Assembly: GCA_042568575.1 (NCBI GenBank)
Contig: JBHPIO010000002.1
Location: 1 to 64,000, forward strand
Source of the DNA: Patescibacteria group bacterium
GTDB taxonomy: Bacteria; Patescibacteriota; Gracilibacteria; UBA1369; PNNO01
Length of the DNA stretch: 64,000 nt
Reading direction: 5' to 3'
Shown piece by piece: positions 1 to 9,849 of the stretch (position 1 is its first letter; each line of letters begins with the position of its first letter). The translations under genes were made by a program, and so were the position numbers. The notes beneath the pieces are model-generated. The model did no database searches, was not told where the DNA came from, and worked only from the letters and a program-made list of their open reading frames with translations.

Positions 1-197
1 TTAATTAATGTTATTTTGCATGATTTTTTTGTTAATTTCCCACTTTTTAGTATAAAATTCTTTATTAATGTTTTTTTTGTATTTTTAAAATACCAAAATC
101 CACTAGATTCTTTTGTTCCTATTTCTATATCTTTAAAGGAATCTTCTCCAACAACAAAACTAGTTAAATCAAAATTTGGTTGAAACATTATCATCAT
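1..197 (-). CDS. 5' part of a hypothetical protein running off the window edge (MMIMFQPNFDLTSFVVGED...)
   Basis: ATG at 197, 6 nt after the RM gene stop; frame open to position 1. Confidence 0.5.
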   Translation of the reverse strand, partial: MMIMFQPNFDLTSFVVGEDSFKDIEIGTKESSGFWYFKNTKKTLIKNFILKSGKLTKKSCKITLI

Positions 198-203
198 TAA
201 AAA

Positions 204-3200
204 TTAAATTACCTCATCAATTTCCTCCATAATCCTTTCCGTCTCACTCAAAGCCACTATCATCTGCTGATAATGCTCAATATCTTCAACGGACAGCTCT
301 CGGTCACGACGATCTTTTAGCCATTTTTGCGTAGGTTGATAGCCGCCGATGTAGAAATTCCATGCTGCCTCAGGAGCTTTGCCAAAATACTGAGTCTCAT
401 TGATGTAAACTTTGCTGTTTTCATACTTTGGATACTTCTTTTCTACTTTATTAGTGCCGCTTTCCGGGAAAGTTGTAATGAAATTATTCACTTTTGGTGA
501 TTCCAAGAGGTGTAGCTCACGAAGCTTTCGTCCCAGTTTAACCAACTTTCTAAAAACCTTTTTATCTTTCGGATAAGGCACGCGCGGGAAATCAATCTTC
601 AAAAACTCCTTATACTTCTCACGATAACCCGGGCTATGAAGGACAGCATAAATATAGTCGAGGATGTCTTCGGGCTCAAAATGGGTATCTTTTGTTTGTA
701 CCCTTGGCGGAGTTTCTAAATCTCCTAATTCTTTAACTGAATTTTCTAATATGCTTAAAGAAAAAGTTAAATGAAGACTATCTTCAATCTTTCTAATAAC
801 CTCATCATTTAAGTTTGGCGTTTTAGTCCCGTCTTCGTGGTAAAGATAGAGTGGAAATAATTGTTCTGCTCCTTGCATACCTGGACAAGACCAAAAACGT
901 CTATCAATTATCGCATCAGAAAGAAAGCACATTGCCGAATTCAGCTCAGACATACCACGTTTAGCAACAAAACCAATATTTTCTTTTTCTACAAGATGTT
1001 GCATAACTTTGTGTCGAGGTCGCCACAAAACTCCTTGTGACATATCAGTATAAATCGTGTATCGACTATCAAATGGACGATAGTTAATCTTTGTAATTTG
1101 ATAATTTTTTCTTTTTAAGTCATCAACTACTTGAGTTACTTTTTCTGATTTTAAATTATATTCATTCGACAATTCCTCATTTTCTTTTTCTTGAAAATCT
1201 GATAACACCCTTTTAATTTTATTTCGATTAAATTGAATGACAGTTGCATCTTTTGCTGTTTCAACCCCAGATGAATAAATACCAAATATTTCATTCACGC
1301 CAAACCCCTCCTCGTACTCTTTCTGTCCCCCAAAGTCCTTTGGCACAAAGAAATAATAAGGTTCAGGTGCTTTCACCTTCTCCCACTTAACAGTTTCAAA
1401 AGACTTTTCATCAAGCTTCTCATACTTTTCTTTCTGCTTCCCGAATAATTCTGAATGATACACCTTCGCCAAACCTTTACCCTCTCCCGTTTTTACAAAC
1501 AAATTAATAGAAACACCTTGCATAATATTAAATACATTCTCATCTTTTCCTCCGTCTGGGGCAGTTTCCTTTTTCTTTACATTTCCATGTAAGTCCATCA
1601 CATAAATCTCATCAAAAGTTTCTATTAAATGCTTTCGCATTTGCCTGTGCGTAACTCCATCAATAAAAGAATTATTAGTAATCATCGCCACTATTCCAAA
1701 ACCTGTTTTTTCTATCTGATTCTCTGCAAAACGAATAAATTTAATATAATCATCATCTAAATTAATCTTCCTCTCATTCAAATTTTCTTTATAAACTTTT
1801 ATCAAATTCTGAATACTCTCACCTTTATTCGATGAACTTACCGAATACGGCGGATTCCCCAGCACAACCATTATCGGCAGCTCTGATTTAATGTGAGAAG
1901 CTTTATGAGACTCCTCAGTTAACCACTGGCTCATAAATAAATTAGGAACCTCATGCACACTTTCTTCCAAACTATTAGTCAGCCAAACCGAAAGCCTTTC
2001 ATCACCTTCGTATCCTAGCTCTTTAAGTGTCACTCCCAGCTTTAAATGCGCCATGGTGTAACTTGCCATCATTAGCTCAAACCCATGCAAGCGTGGCAAT
2101 AAATGATTTTCAACATACTTTGGCCACATTCCTTCTTGCCCTTTAAAAGACTTATGAATTTCTAAAATCACATCATTAAGAAAAGTTCCTGTACCCGCAG
2201 CAGGATCAAGCACCTGCACTTTGTGAATTTGGTCGCTAGTTCTCTTTATACCATCTTTTGTACGCCCATCCTCAGCCTGAATTTTAAATTTATGATCAAT
2301 TTTGCTTGTATCAGCAAGTCCTTTTGGTAAATTAAACTTGGTCTTTAAAAGCTGATCTACAGAACGAACAATAAAAGACACAACAGGCTCAGGTGTATAG
2401 TAAACTCCTCGACTTTTACGAAGTCCTTTATCATATTCCGCTAGAAAAGTTTCATAAAAATGCAAAACAGGATCTTTTTGCTTTTTCACAAATTCCTTAT
2501 GCATTAATTCATAAACATTTGTACTTAAATATGCATCAACCAAGCTATCTACCAACCATGCAATTTTAGGATCATAATCGGTTCCTGCGACATGACCAAA
2601 AAACTTTTTAAGCAAAGGATTCGACTTTGGAAGCAAATCTTGCGCCTCATGTCTTGAAAAAGTAGGCAAAGTAGAATCAAAATAACGAGCAACGAAAAGC
2701 CCATAAACCAAAGTTTGAGCATACATATCAGCAAAATCACTTTCTGAAAGATCATGAATTAAAACTTCCTTAAAAGTTTCGTATTGTTTATGGATGTCAG
2801 AATCAGGATTCTCGGTTAACGAGGCCAAGGCATTATCTCTCAAAATTTGCCCCTTATTTGCCATGATTTTTGCTAATTTTTTAGCTGAACGAATCGTCCG
2901 ATGAGAAGGTGTAATGTAATCACAAATAAGATTCGCAAATCTTTCGAAATTCTTTTCAATAGGATTGATATCACGATCAATTTTCTCTGCTATGGAAATG
3001 CTAACTAACTCGCCTTCTTCATTAAGTATCTCGAAATCAAAATAATTTGTAAGCAAAATACGACCAAAAGCATCAACATAACGCTTGGCTTGTTTTTGAA
3101 CATCCTTATGAGAAATATCCACAGTAACATCCTTACATTCAGCGTAAGCAATAGGTGTATCTCCTTTCTTAAACAAAAAATCCGGTGCATTCCCACCTGT

Positions 3201-3359
3201 ATATGCCGGTTCATTGATAACTTGAACATCAGGCTTTAAATTTTCGATAAGTTTTTGAAAAGCGGGGCGGTATGCATGTTCACGAGCATCACCGGATTTA
3301 AGGACTTCATTAATTTCTTGAATATAATCTTGAACAATTTCTTTGCTTTTGTCTGTCAT
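204..3359 (-). CDS. Type IIG/ISP-like fused restriction endonuclease-N6-adenine methyltransferase with C-terminal specificity domain
   Basis: N-terminal PD-(D/E)xK-like PDF...AECK; YYTP, DPAAGTG and NPPY motifs; C-terminal DFPRVP...IGGYQ..KWLKDR; no helicase motifs. Confidence 0.85.
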   Translation of the reverse strand: MTDKSKEIVQDYIQEINEVLKSGDAREHAYRPAFQKLIENLKPDVQVINEPAYTGGNAPDFLFKKGDTPIAYAECKDVTVDISHKDVQKQAKRYVDAFGRILLTNYFDFEILNEEGELVSISIAEKIDRDINPIEKNFERFANLICDYITPSHRTIRSAKKLAKIMANKGQILRDNALASLTENPDSDIHKQYETFKEVLIHDLSESDFADMYAQTLVYGLFVARYFDSTLPTFSRHEAQDLLPKSNPLLKKFFGHVAGTDYDPKIAWLVDSLVDAYLSTNVYELMHKEFVKKQKDPVLHFYETFLAEYDKGLRKSRGVYYTPEPVVSFIVRSVDQLLKTKFNLPKGLADTSKIDHKFKIQAEDGRTKDGIKRTSDQIHKVQVLDPAAGTGTFLNDVILEIHKSFKGQEGMWPKYVENHLLPRLHGFELMMASYTMAHLKLGVTLKELGYEGDERLSVWLTNSLEESVHEVPNLFMSQWLTEESHKASHIKSELPIMVVLGNPPYSVSSSNKGESIQNLIKVYKENLNERKINLDDDYIKFIRFAENQIEKTGFGIVAMITNNSFIDGVTHRQMRKHLIETFDEIYVMDLHGNVKKKETAPDGGKDENVFNIMQGVSINLFVKTGEGKGLAKVYHSELFGKQKEKYEKLDEKSFETVKWEKVKAPEPYYFFVPKDFGGQKEYEEGFGVNEIFGIYSSGVETAKDATVIQFNRNKIKRVLSDFQEKENEELSNEYNLKSEKVTQVVDDLKRKNYQITKINYRPFDSRYTIYTDMSQGVLWRPRHKVMQHLVEKENIGFVAKRGMSELNSAMCFLSDAIIDRRFWSCPGMQGAEQLFPLYLYHEDGTKTPNLNDEVIRKIEDSLHLTFSLSILENSVKELGDLETPPRVQTKDTHFEPEDILDYIYAVLHSPGYREKYKEFLKIDFPRVPYPKDKKVFRKLVKLGRKLRELHLLESPKVNNFITTFPESGTNKVEKKYPKYENSKVYINETQYFGKAPEAAWNFYIGGYQPTQKWLKDRRDRELSVEDIEHYQQMIVALSETERIMEEIDEVI

Positions 3360-3526
3360 AAATATGTATTAAAACCCTTTAAATTTATAGCATAATCCCT
3401 CTTTAAAAACAAAAAAGGAGATCCTGTCTCCCTAGCTTGCTCCCCAATATCTTTAATGTTAAATTGAAATCAGTAATTCCTATTAGAAACTGGAGGGGAA
3501 TTTTCATCAAAAAATGAATCATAATT

Positions 3527-4522
3527 ATGAAATTTCAATTCAAAAAACAGGTTTTATTTACTGGTGCTGGTTTCACAAAAAATTTTGGCGGTTTCCTTGT
3601 AGAAGATATGTGGCAAGAAATTTTTAATGAAATGTCCGATTATCCAAAAATTAGAGAGATACTACTCAAGAATCATCCTAATTATGAGCGTGTTTATAAT
3701 CATGTTCTCCGGAAAAATTTACAGGATTTCAAAGACAATGAAAAGGAAGCCTTCAAAAAATCCATTAAAAATGCCTATCGAAAATTGGATAAGATCGTTT
3801 GTGAAAATTTTGTTGGAGGATACAAAAAACATAACATCTCTGTTCCAGAACTAATACGCTTTGCAGGTTCTTTTGCAGGCAGCAATAATGGACAACGTGG
3901 CGTTCTTCTTACGCTAAATCAAGATCTTTTTTTTGAAAGATTTTGTGGGTACAAATCCCCAATGCAAGGGCAATTTTCCGCAAAATTGCATCAAGATGCA
4001 GCAGAATTACAAAACACAGACTTTGAAATAATGCCAAAACATGATGAATTAAAAGAAAAAATAGAAAAATATATTGATGATTTTTTTCATACAGATGGCG
4101 ATTTTTTCCTTTTTAAGTTGCATGGTTCATATGGTTGGCTATCTTCAGACGAGAGTGATCTCATGGTCTTAGGAGAAGAGAAAGAGAAAGATATAGAAAA
4201 AGAACCTTTATTGAAATGGTATAACGATATGTTCAAAGAAATAATGTTTAGGGATGATGTGGAAATGCTAATTATAGGCTATAGTTTCAATGATCCACAC
4301 ATCAATAACATATTTTCTGAAGCCATAAACAAATATGGACTTAAATTTTGTTTAATTTCACCTTCACCAAAAAATCAGTTGGATAAAATTCAAGAAAATG
4401 GACTTGAAAAGGGGTTATATAAAATATTCAAAAAGTCTCTTGCTGATATTTTCCCATATAATCAAACTAGTACCACTGTTGAATTGGAAGAGATTTTAGA
4501 AATCTTTCCATCTGCTAGGTAA
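3527..4522 (+). CDS. SIR2-like domain protein (possible defence NADase)
   Basis: FTGAGF, TLNQD, KLHGS, IIGYSFNDPHIN motifs. Confidence 0.8.
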   Translation: MKFQFKKQVLFTGAGFTKNFGGFLVEDMWQEIFNEMSDYPKIREILLKNHPNYERVYNHVLRKNLQDFKDNEKEAFKKSIKNAYRKLDKIVCENFVGGYKKHNISVPELIRFAGSFAGSNNGQRGVLLTLNQDLFFERFCGYKSPMQGQFSAKLHQDAAELQNTDFEIMPKHDELKEKIEKYIDDFFHTDGDFFLFKLHGSYGWLSSDESDLMVLGEEKEKDIEKEPLLKWYNDMFKEIMFRDDVEMLIIGYSFNDPHINNIFSEAINKYGLKFCLISPSPKNQLDKIQENGLEKGLYKIFKKSLADIFPYNQTSTTVELEEILEIFPSAR

Positions 4523-4567
4523 TAAAGCCTACGTAAAGTTTACTCCGTATCTACTTACACTCCCCCC

Positions 4568-5062
4568 ATGCCCCACTACATAATCCTCCGCGGACCTCTC
4601 GGCTGCGGTAAAACAACAATCGCGCAGAAACTGAGCAAGAAACTCGGCAATGCTATTGTCGTCCATATTGATGATGTGCTTAAGGAACATGATCTCGATC
4701 GCGTCAGTGAGACAATTGGGTGTATTCCTCCTGAAAATTTTGTGAAAGCACAGGAAATCGTGCTGCCTGAAGTGAAAGAAGCATTAGATTTGGGCAAGAT
4801 TGTGATTTTTGATGCGTGTTTCTATCATAAGGAGGCCATAGAGCATCTAACAGACAGTCTTCCCTTCTCTCATTACATATTTACTTTAAAGGCACCAATA
4901 GATGTATGCATCACGCGTGATAAGAATCGCGCACATTCATATGGCGAAGGTGCGGCTCGTGCGGTCTATAATCTGGTTTCGAAATTTGATTACGGGGTGA
5001 ATGTGGATATTTCTGGCACGGTTGATGAGGCGGTGGAGTCTATTATGGCGAATTTGCCATAA
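4568..5062 (+). CDS. P-loop nucleotide-kinase-like (AAA_33-type) protein
   Basis: Walker A GPLGCGKT; lid motif CITRDKNR. Confidence 0.75.
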   Translation: MPHYIILRGPLGCGKTTIAQKLSKKLGNAIVVHIDDVLKEHDLDRVSETIGCIPPENFVKAQEIVLPEVKEALDLGKIVIFDACFYHKEAIEHLTDSLPFSHYIFTLKAPIDVCITRDKNRAHSYGEGAARAVYNLVSKFDYGVNVDISGTVDEAVESIMANLP

Positions 5063-5136
5063 ATAAATTTTTTAACAAAAACTTTACTCAAATTTTACAT
5101 AGGCTTGATATGTTTCAAGTCTAAATTTTTAACATA

Positions 5137-5174
5137 TTGACTTTGTAGCTATATTTTAATATAATGTAGCTACA
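5137..5174 (+). promoter_or_regulatory. sigma70 promoter of the hicA-antitoxin operon with two operator palindromes
   Basis: TTGACT(5137)-17 nt-TATAAT(5160); TGTAGCTATA 5144-5153 and perfect palindrome TGTAGCTACA 5165-5174. Confidence 0.75.
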
Positions 5175-5187
5175 GTCTGATTTATTC

Positions 5188-5429
5188 ATGACTAAAATTG
5201 AAAAGACCGTACAACAATTCATTAATCGCCCTACATCGCTGCGCTATGGTGAAATTGAGAAAGTGCTTAAATACTTTGGATTTGAGATGATTATGGCAAA
5301 AGGCAGTCACAAAAAGTTTAAACACGCTCTTCCCTGGCAACTGATTTAGTAATTCCTGTTCATAATAACGACTGTAAAGACTTCTATAAAATTCAGGCTA
5401 CAAAAATTGTTAAAAAGCTTATCAGATGA
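5188..5429 (+). pseudogene. hicA: HicA-family mRNA interferase toxin, frameshifted near 5330
   Basis: MTKIEK...LKYFGFEMIMAKGSHKKFKH stops at TAG 5347; the shifted frame continues LATDLVIPVHNNDCKDFY...KKLIR to TGA 5427-5429, overlapping the next ATG. Confidence 0.8.
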
Positions 5430-5746
5430 AAAATATCAACCACTACATCACTATCAACAATAAAAAATATTGCTATACCTTAAAACCTGCAAAAAAGAAC
5501 ATTACTTTCGTTGAATGCGAAGCTGCTAATATAAAACAGGAGTTTTTAAACGAAGACATACCTGAATTACTTATTGATTTGCCAGATTTAATATTGGCGG
5601 AAAAGAAGTATAAAAAACAGCAATCGGAGCTGATCAGATTTAGAGTGAGTCCGGATGATAAGAAGCTGATTGAACAAAAAGCGGTTAAAAAAGGTTATTC
5701 TTCGGTGTCAGGTTATTTAAGGGATTTAGCGATTAAGGGTGTTTAA
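5426..5746 (+). CDS. Putative antitoxin (HicB-like) with C-terminal ribbon-helix-helix domain
   Basis: ATGA overlap with hicA; C-terminal IRFRVSPDDKKLIEQKA...SVSGYLRDLA RHH pattern. Confidence 0.65.
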   Translation: MKNINHYITINNKKYCYTLKPAKKNITFVECEAANIKQEFLNEDIPELLIDLPDLILAEKKYKKQQSELIRFRVSPDDKKLIEQKAVKKGYSSVSGYLRDLAIKGV

Positions 5747-5755
5747 AATGCCCAC

Positions 5756-5783
5756 TTGACATTTCTTGTATTTATAGTACAAT
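5756..5783 (+). promoter_or_regulatory. sigma70-type promoter of high-GC gene 1
   Basis: TTGACA-16 nt-TACAAT. Confidence 0.55.
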
Positions 5784-5979
5784 AATCCTCTGCTTGAATA
5801 ATTCGGTCTTATCTCTTTTTGGTAAGGATCGCCGGCTTGTCCGGTAATAATTATTTAGGTAATGTAATTTGAAAGTTAGTAATTTTAAGTTGTAAGCGTG
5901 TGTTTTGGTATTAAAAATTGATATCAGGGCAAACGCTTGCAACACCAATTCAGAACAATGCCAAAAGGAGGCAATTTCC

Positions 5980-6534
5980 ATGAAACGCATCAACCTTTTC
6001 CTTTCGTGCGTCATGCTGCTCTCGCTCACCGGCTGCGAGGACAACTATCAGCCCATGCCCAAGAGTACCATTCCGGTGCTCTTCCACATCCAGACCTGTA
6101 ATGTCTACCATTGGGTGTGGGAGAACGACATCGGCGATGATTACGAGGACTGCATGGATGATCCGCCGGTCAGTGGCGGTCAGTGTGGGGCTGACAGGGA
6201 CGAGATGAGGGCTATTGCCACGGATGCCTGGGAGGACTGTCTCATCCAGCTTCCCTACGTCGCCTATGAGTGCGTCGAGCAACTCCAGCCGTTCAGCAAA
6301 ACGCACGACTCCGACGGTGACGGCATATCGGACAATCACGAGTATGAGGGTGGTACGAACCCGTGCGAACCCTGCTCGTTCGGTGGGACGCCTGGCGAGA
6401 ACTGCGACGGGGACCTGAACCACGACCGTGATGTCCGCAATAACGCGGATGACACCCACCCCCTCTGCGGGCAGATGTATGACGGGGAATGGATCCCTAA
6501 CCCGGAGGCCATCAACGGCAATCCCTGCGCCTAG
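5980..6534 (+). CDS. High-GC Cys/Asp-rich lipoprotein with a DxDxDG (thrombospondin type 3-like) Ca-binding motif
   Basis: SD AAGGAGG 5965-5971 before ATG 5980; lipobox LSLTGC; DSDGDGISDNHE; about 60% GC in sampled lines. Confidence 0.7.
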   Translation: MKRINLFLSCVMLLSLTGCEDNYQPMPKSTIPVLFHIQTCNVYHWVWENDIGDDYEDCMDDPPVSGGQCGADRDEMRAIATDAWEDCLIQLPYVAYECVEQLQPFSKTHDSDGDGISDNHEYEGGTNPCEPCSFGGTPGENCDGDLNHDRDVRNNADDTHPLCGQMYDGEWIPNPEAINGNPCA

Positions 6535-6604
6535 CTACTTCCGCTTCCTCCTGCCTGCTTCCTTCCTTTCTGGCTCACAAAATTACTAACCTTCTCACCT
6601 TTTC

Positions 6605-6639
6605 AGGGGCGGTCTTGTATCGCCCCTCCAGCCTTTTTT
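6605..6639 (+). terminator. Intrinsic terminator-like hairpin after high-GC gene 1
   Basis: AGGGGCG/CGCCCCT stem, T-run at 6634-6639. Confidence 0.55.
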
Positions 6640-6654
6640 GCTATAATCAAACCA

Positions 6655-7290
6655 ATGAACAACATTCACCCTACCAAGTCGCAACTTCTCGACTTTTGGA
6701 AAGAGACTTTTAACTTTTCCGAGAGGATTCTTGCGGCATTTAAAAAGGTTCCCAGGGAGGATTTTGTTGGGGAAGGTGAGAAGGATCTTGCATATGCCGA
6801 TGTGCCTCTTCCGACTGCCGAGGGGCAGACTATTTCACAGCCGAGCACGGTGATGATGATGCTTGATCTTCTTGAAATTCAACCCGATGATCGAATCCTG
6901 GAAATAGGTTGTGGAAGCGGATATAATGCGGCGCTCATGTCCGTTATCGCAAAAAAAGGCCAGGTTACAACATGTGATATTTTCGAGTCTCTAACTGAAA
7001 AAGCGACATCGAATCTTCGCGACTATAAAAATATTGAAGTAATTTCGGATGATGGATTTAAAGTTGCAAAGGAAAAAGGGCCTTTTGATAAGGTCGTTTT
7101 AACAGCGGCCATAAAGGAGATCCCGGATGTACTGATAGACAACTTAAATGATAACGGAATTATCCTTGCGCCTGTCGGAGATATATTTATCCAGATAATG
7201 ATCCGACTTCGTAAGTCGGGTGGCAAAATTAAAAAAGATGAACACGGCGAATTTATGTTTGTTCCTATTCAGGGGGAGTATGGATTCTAA
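6655..7290 (+). CDS. pcm: Protein-L-isoaspartate O-methyltransferase
   Basis: VPREDF, AYAD.PL, GQTISQP, LEIGCGSGY, FVP motifs. Confidence 0.9.
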   Translation: MNNIHPTKSQLLDFWKETFNFSERILAAFKKVPREDFVGEGEKDLAYADVPLPTAEGQTISQPSTVMMMLDLLEIQPDDRILEIGCGSGYNAALMSVIAKKGQVTTCDIFESLTEKATSNLRDYKNIEVISDDGFKVAKEKGPFDKVVLTAAIKEIPDVLIDNLNDNGIILAPVGDIFIQIMIRLRKSGGKIKKDEHGEFMFVPIQGEYGF

Positions 7291-7670
7291 GCACTAGCCA
7301 CATAAAGCATAACTCCGACACCAAGTATAACGAACAAAGCTCCTCCAGCAGCTAAAAACACTATTACCCTTTTTTGATCCGCGTTCATTTTTTGCCCAGC
7401 TTGATTTAGTTTTTTCTTTTTCTGGGAAGCAATTATTGGGATTATTAAAGCTGGCCAAATAGCTATAAATGGAATGAATGATGTGTCGCTGCCTATACCG
7501 TCAAAGCCGGGCTTGTCGCCAAAAATCATGTATACCATTATTCCAACTCCTAAAGTGAAGACTAATATTCCAATGATTATTTTTATTTTAAAATTCTTTC
7601 CAGTTGGCTTTTTCTTCTCAATATCTTCAAGTGGACCTGAATATCTGTGCGGATCTATATTGCTGTTCAT
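7287..7670 (-). CDS. Membrane protein (3 TM)
   Basis: Three hydrophobic segments. Confidence 0.6.
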   Translation of the reverse strand: MNSNIDPHRYSGPLEDIEKKKPTGKNFKIKIIIGILVFTLGVGIMVYMIFGDKPGFDGIGSDTSFIPFIAIWPALIIPIIASQKKKKLNQAGQKMNADQKRVIVFLAAGGALFVILGVGVMLYVASA

Positions 7671-7744
7671 GGGAGAATGATTAGTGCTTGCTTACATTTA
7701 ATCGTATACTAGTGGGGAAAGCAAATTTGTAATCTACTTTTATC

Positions 7745-8113
7745 ATGAAAAAAATCGCAACAATAACACTCGCTCTATCTTTCCTTCTCCTTTCTGGCTG
7801 CCTTTCCCAGGAGCTTTCCACTTCAGACGACATTGTTAAAGGCAACACGGTAAGAATAAAAGGTCAACTTTCACGAATTCCATCTCAGCATATGATTAAT
7901 ATCCCGGATGGATATGAGCATGTGGATTATTTTGATTTTAACGATGGTGATCAAATTGTTTTTTACGCAAACGAGCTCGTAAGTTGTAATAAAGATGACA
8001 TTATTTTGACAGGAGAAATTATTGAGATTGAAGGGACGTCAAAACGTCCAGATTCAGATGAGCCGTTCACTGAACTCCAACTTCTGGTTGAGAAGTTTGA
8101 ATGCGATAATTAG
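7745..8113 (+). CDS. Lipoprotein of unknown function
   Basis: Lipobox LLSGC. Confidence 0.7.
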   Translation: MKKIATITLALSFLLLSGCLSQELSTSDDIVKGNTVRIKGQLSRIPSQHMINIPDGYEHVDYFDFNDGDQIVFYANELVSCNKDDIILTGEIIEIEGTSKRPDSDEPFTELQLLVEKFECDN

Positions 8114-8117
8114 GCGA

Positions 8118-8777
8118 CTAGTGCCGCATTCCTATTGTTACCTTTACGCCGTCTTCAGTTTTATAAACTGTGTAAGCTGCATTGATGTTTTTTCTTCCAA
8201 ACAGTTTGTCGCTGATCCAAATGTGTCCGTCATAGGTAAGAAGTGCATTGTGCCCTAAATGAGCTATTATTCTGCCACTAGTTAATACATCTCCTTCTTC
8301 GATTTCTATGTATTTTCCACGCAAAGCTTGAGGGACATCTAAGTCTTCGAAAATAATGTCATCAACACGTTTTCCTGATAAAGCTGCCTTAAAACGTGCA
8401 TCTAGAACGGCTGGATCGGTCCTTTCATCTAAAAAATCTGAGACAGGTCTTTCTGGAAGAGTTTTCACATATTGCATGAGTGCTTCAACCTTTTTGCCGA
8501 CTCCCATATAATCATCTTTTCGCCTAAGCTTTTGGCATTCATCGGTTGTTTCTAAACCTACCCACTCAATAAGTTGAAGCAAATCTTCGTTAGTTTGAAA
8601 GTTAAGTGCGACAACCTGAAAAGCCGAATCTAGTTTCACACTTTCTTCCTCAAGAACTAATCGCGCGAATTCAACTAGTGATTCACATATCCAAAAACGA
8701 TCGTCTCGACTATAATTTTCCAGGATAGCCTGTAAATATTCAGGAATTTGTGTGGGTTCGTTGTCTACTGTGCTCAT
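8118..8777 (-). CDS. Hypothetical protein
   Basis: 219-aa ORF with its own TTGACT-16-TATAAT promoter (about 8804-8831, minus strand). Confidence 0.65.
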   Translation of the reverse strand: MSTVDNEPTQIPEYLQAILENYSRDDRFWICESLVEFARLVLEEESVKLDSAFQVVALNFQTNEDLLQLIEWVGLETTDECQKLRRKDDYMGVGKKVEALMQYVKTLPERPVSDFLDERTDPAVLDARFKAALSGKRVDDIIFEDLDVPQALRGKYIEIEEGDVLTSGRIIAHLGHNALLTYDGHIWISDKLFGRKNINAAYTVYKTEDGVKVTIGMRH

Positions 8778-8886
8778 AATTAAAATGTTAGTTCAAGATT
8801 GGCATTATACTGACGAACCCTTGAAAGTCAAATTTTGTTCATGGGTATAAGTAGGCTATTATGTTGATCGAAATTTAACCTAAATC

Positions 8887-9801
8887 ATGCGCGTTAGAAG
8901 CAAAGAGACAACCGGAGAGATTTTTATGATGATATCGGCCGCGTTGCATGGATTTTTCCCTCTGCTTGCTAATACCGGCGTTAATTATCTTCCGCCTGTG
9001 TTTTTTGCGGGAATGAGTGTTTTGCTTTCATCTGTTTTGTTCTTTATTTTCCTGATTTATACGGGAAATTTTCGCAAAATTTTTAACAAGAAAGCGCTTC
9101 CCTATATTTTAGGAGTTACGGTGCTTGTTGTTATTATTCCTTCGATTCTTATTTTCATTGGGACGAGTATGACGTCAGGTGTGAACACAGCGATTTTGCT
9201 TCAAACCGAGGTTCTGTTTACTTTTATTGTTTTTGGACTCTTTTTTAAGGAAAAAATCACGACGAAAAAACTCCTTGGTGGCCTTGCTATTATTGGTGGT
9301 GCTACAATAATTCTCTATAATGGCTCGTTTTCGCTTAATTGGGGTGATTTTATGATTATCCTTGCGACTTTTTTCTATCCTTTTGGAAATAGATGTGCCA
9401 AAAAAGCCCTGGAAATTGTGCCATCGAGCGTTATTCTGTTTGTTCGTTCGTTGATTGGCGGAACCTTCCTAGTTGTTATTAGTTTATTATTCGAAAAACA
9501 TATTGGATTTGGAGGGGATTCAATGCTAATTCCGGTTCTTTTTGTTCTTGCGAATGGATTCCTCATTATGTTCCTTTCCAAGATTGTTACTTACGAGGCA
9601 TTTAAGCGAATTGACGTTACAAAAGCGATTGCACTTGTTATGTCTGAGCCGGCATTCGCCTTAATCTTCCTGATGATTTTTCTTCAACAGTTCCCGAATT
9701 TATATCAGGTTATCGGACTTATTATTATTATGATTGGAGTCGGCTTTGTTGTTTTCAAAAAGCGCAAGGCAAAGGATCTAGAAGGAATTGCCGTGGATTA
9801 A
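8887..9801 (+). CDS. DMT/EamA family transporter
   Basis: About 10 TM helices in two repeats; FFKEKIT motif. Confidence 0.85.
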   Translation: MRVRSKETTGEIFMMISAALHGFFPLLANTGVNYLPPVFFAGMSVLLSSVLFFIFLIYTGNFRKIFNKKALPYILGVTVLVVIIPSILIFIGTSMTSGVNTAILLQTEVLFTFIVFGLFFKEKITTKKLLGGLAIIGGATIILYNGSFSLNWGDFMIILATFFYPFGNRCAKKALEIVPSSVILFVRSLIGGTFLVVISLLFEKHIGFGGDSMLIPVLFVLANGFLIMFLSKIVTYEAFKRIDVTKAIALVMSEPAFALIFLMIFLQQFPNLYQVIGLIIIMIGVGFVVFKKRKAKDLEGIAVD

Positions 9802-9828
9802 AAAAAGAGAGCCCCAAGCGAGCTCTCT
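9800..9828 (-). terminator. Intrinsic terminator ending the sigma/A2M/lipoprotein unit
   Basis: AGAGAGC/GCTCTCT stem followed by a T-run on the minus strand. Confidence 0.7.
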
Positions 9829-9849
9829 CCTTAATCAAACCTAACTAAT

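Noticed and set aside
5905-5979. Upstream starts in the ORF track (5905, 11114, 20923, 21083, 22053, 36889, 60696, 61423)
   Set aside because: Downstream ATGs fit better with SD position, signal peptides, promoters or family N-termini
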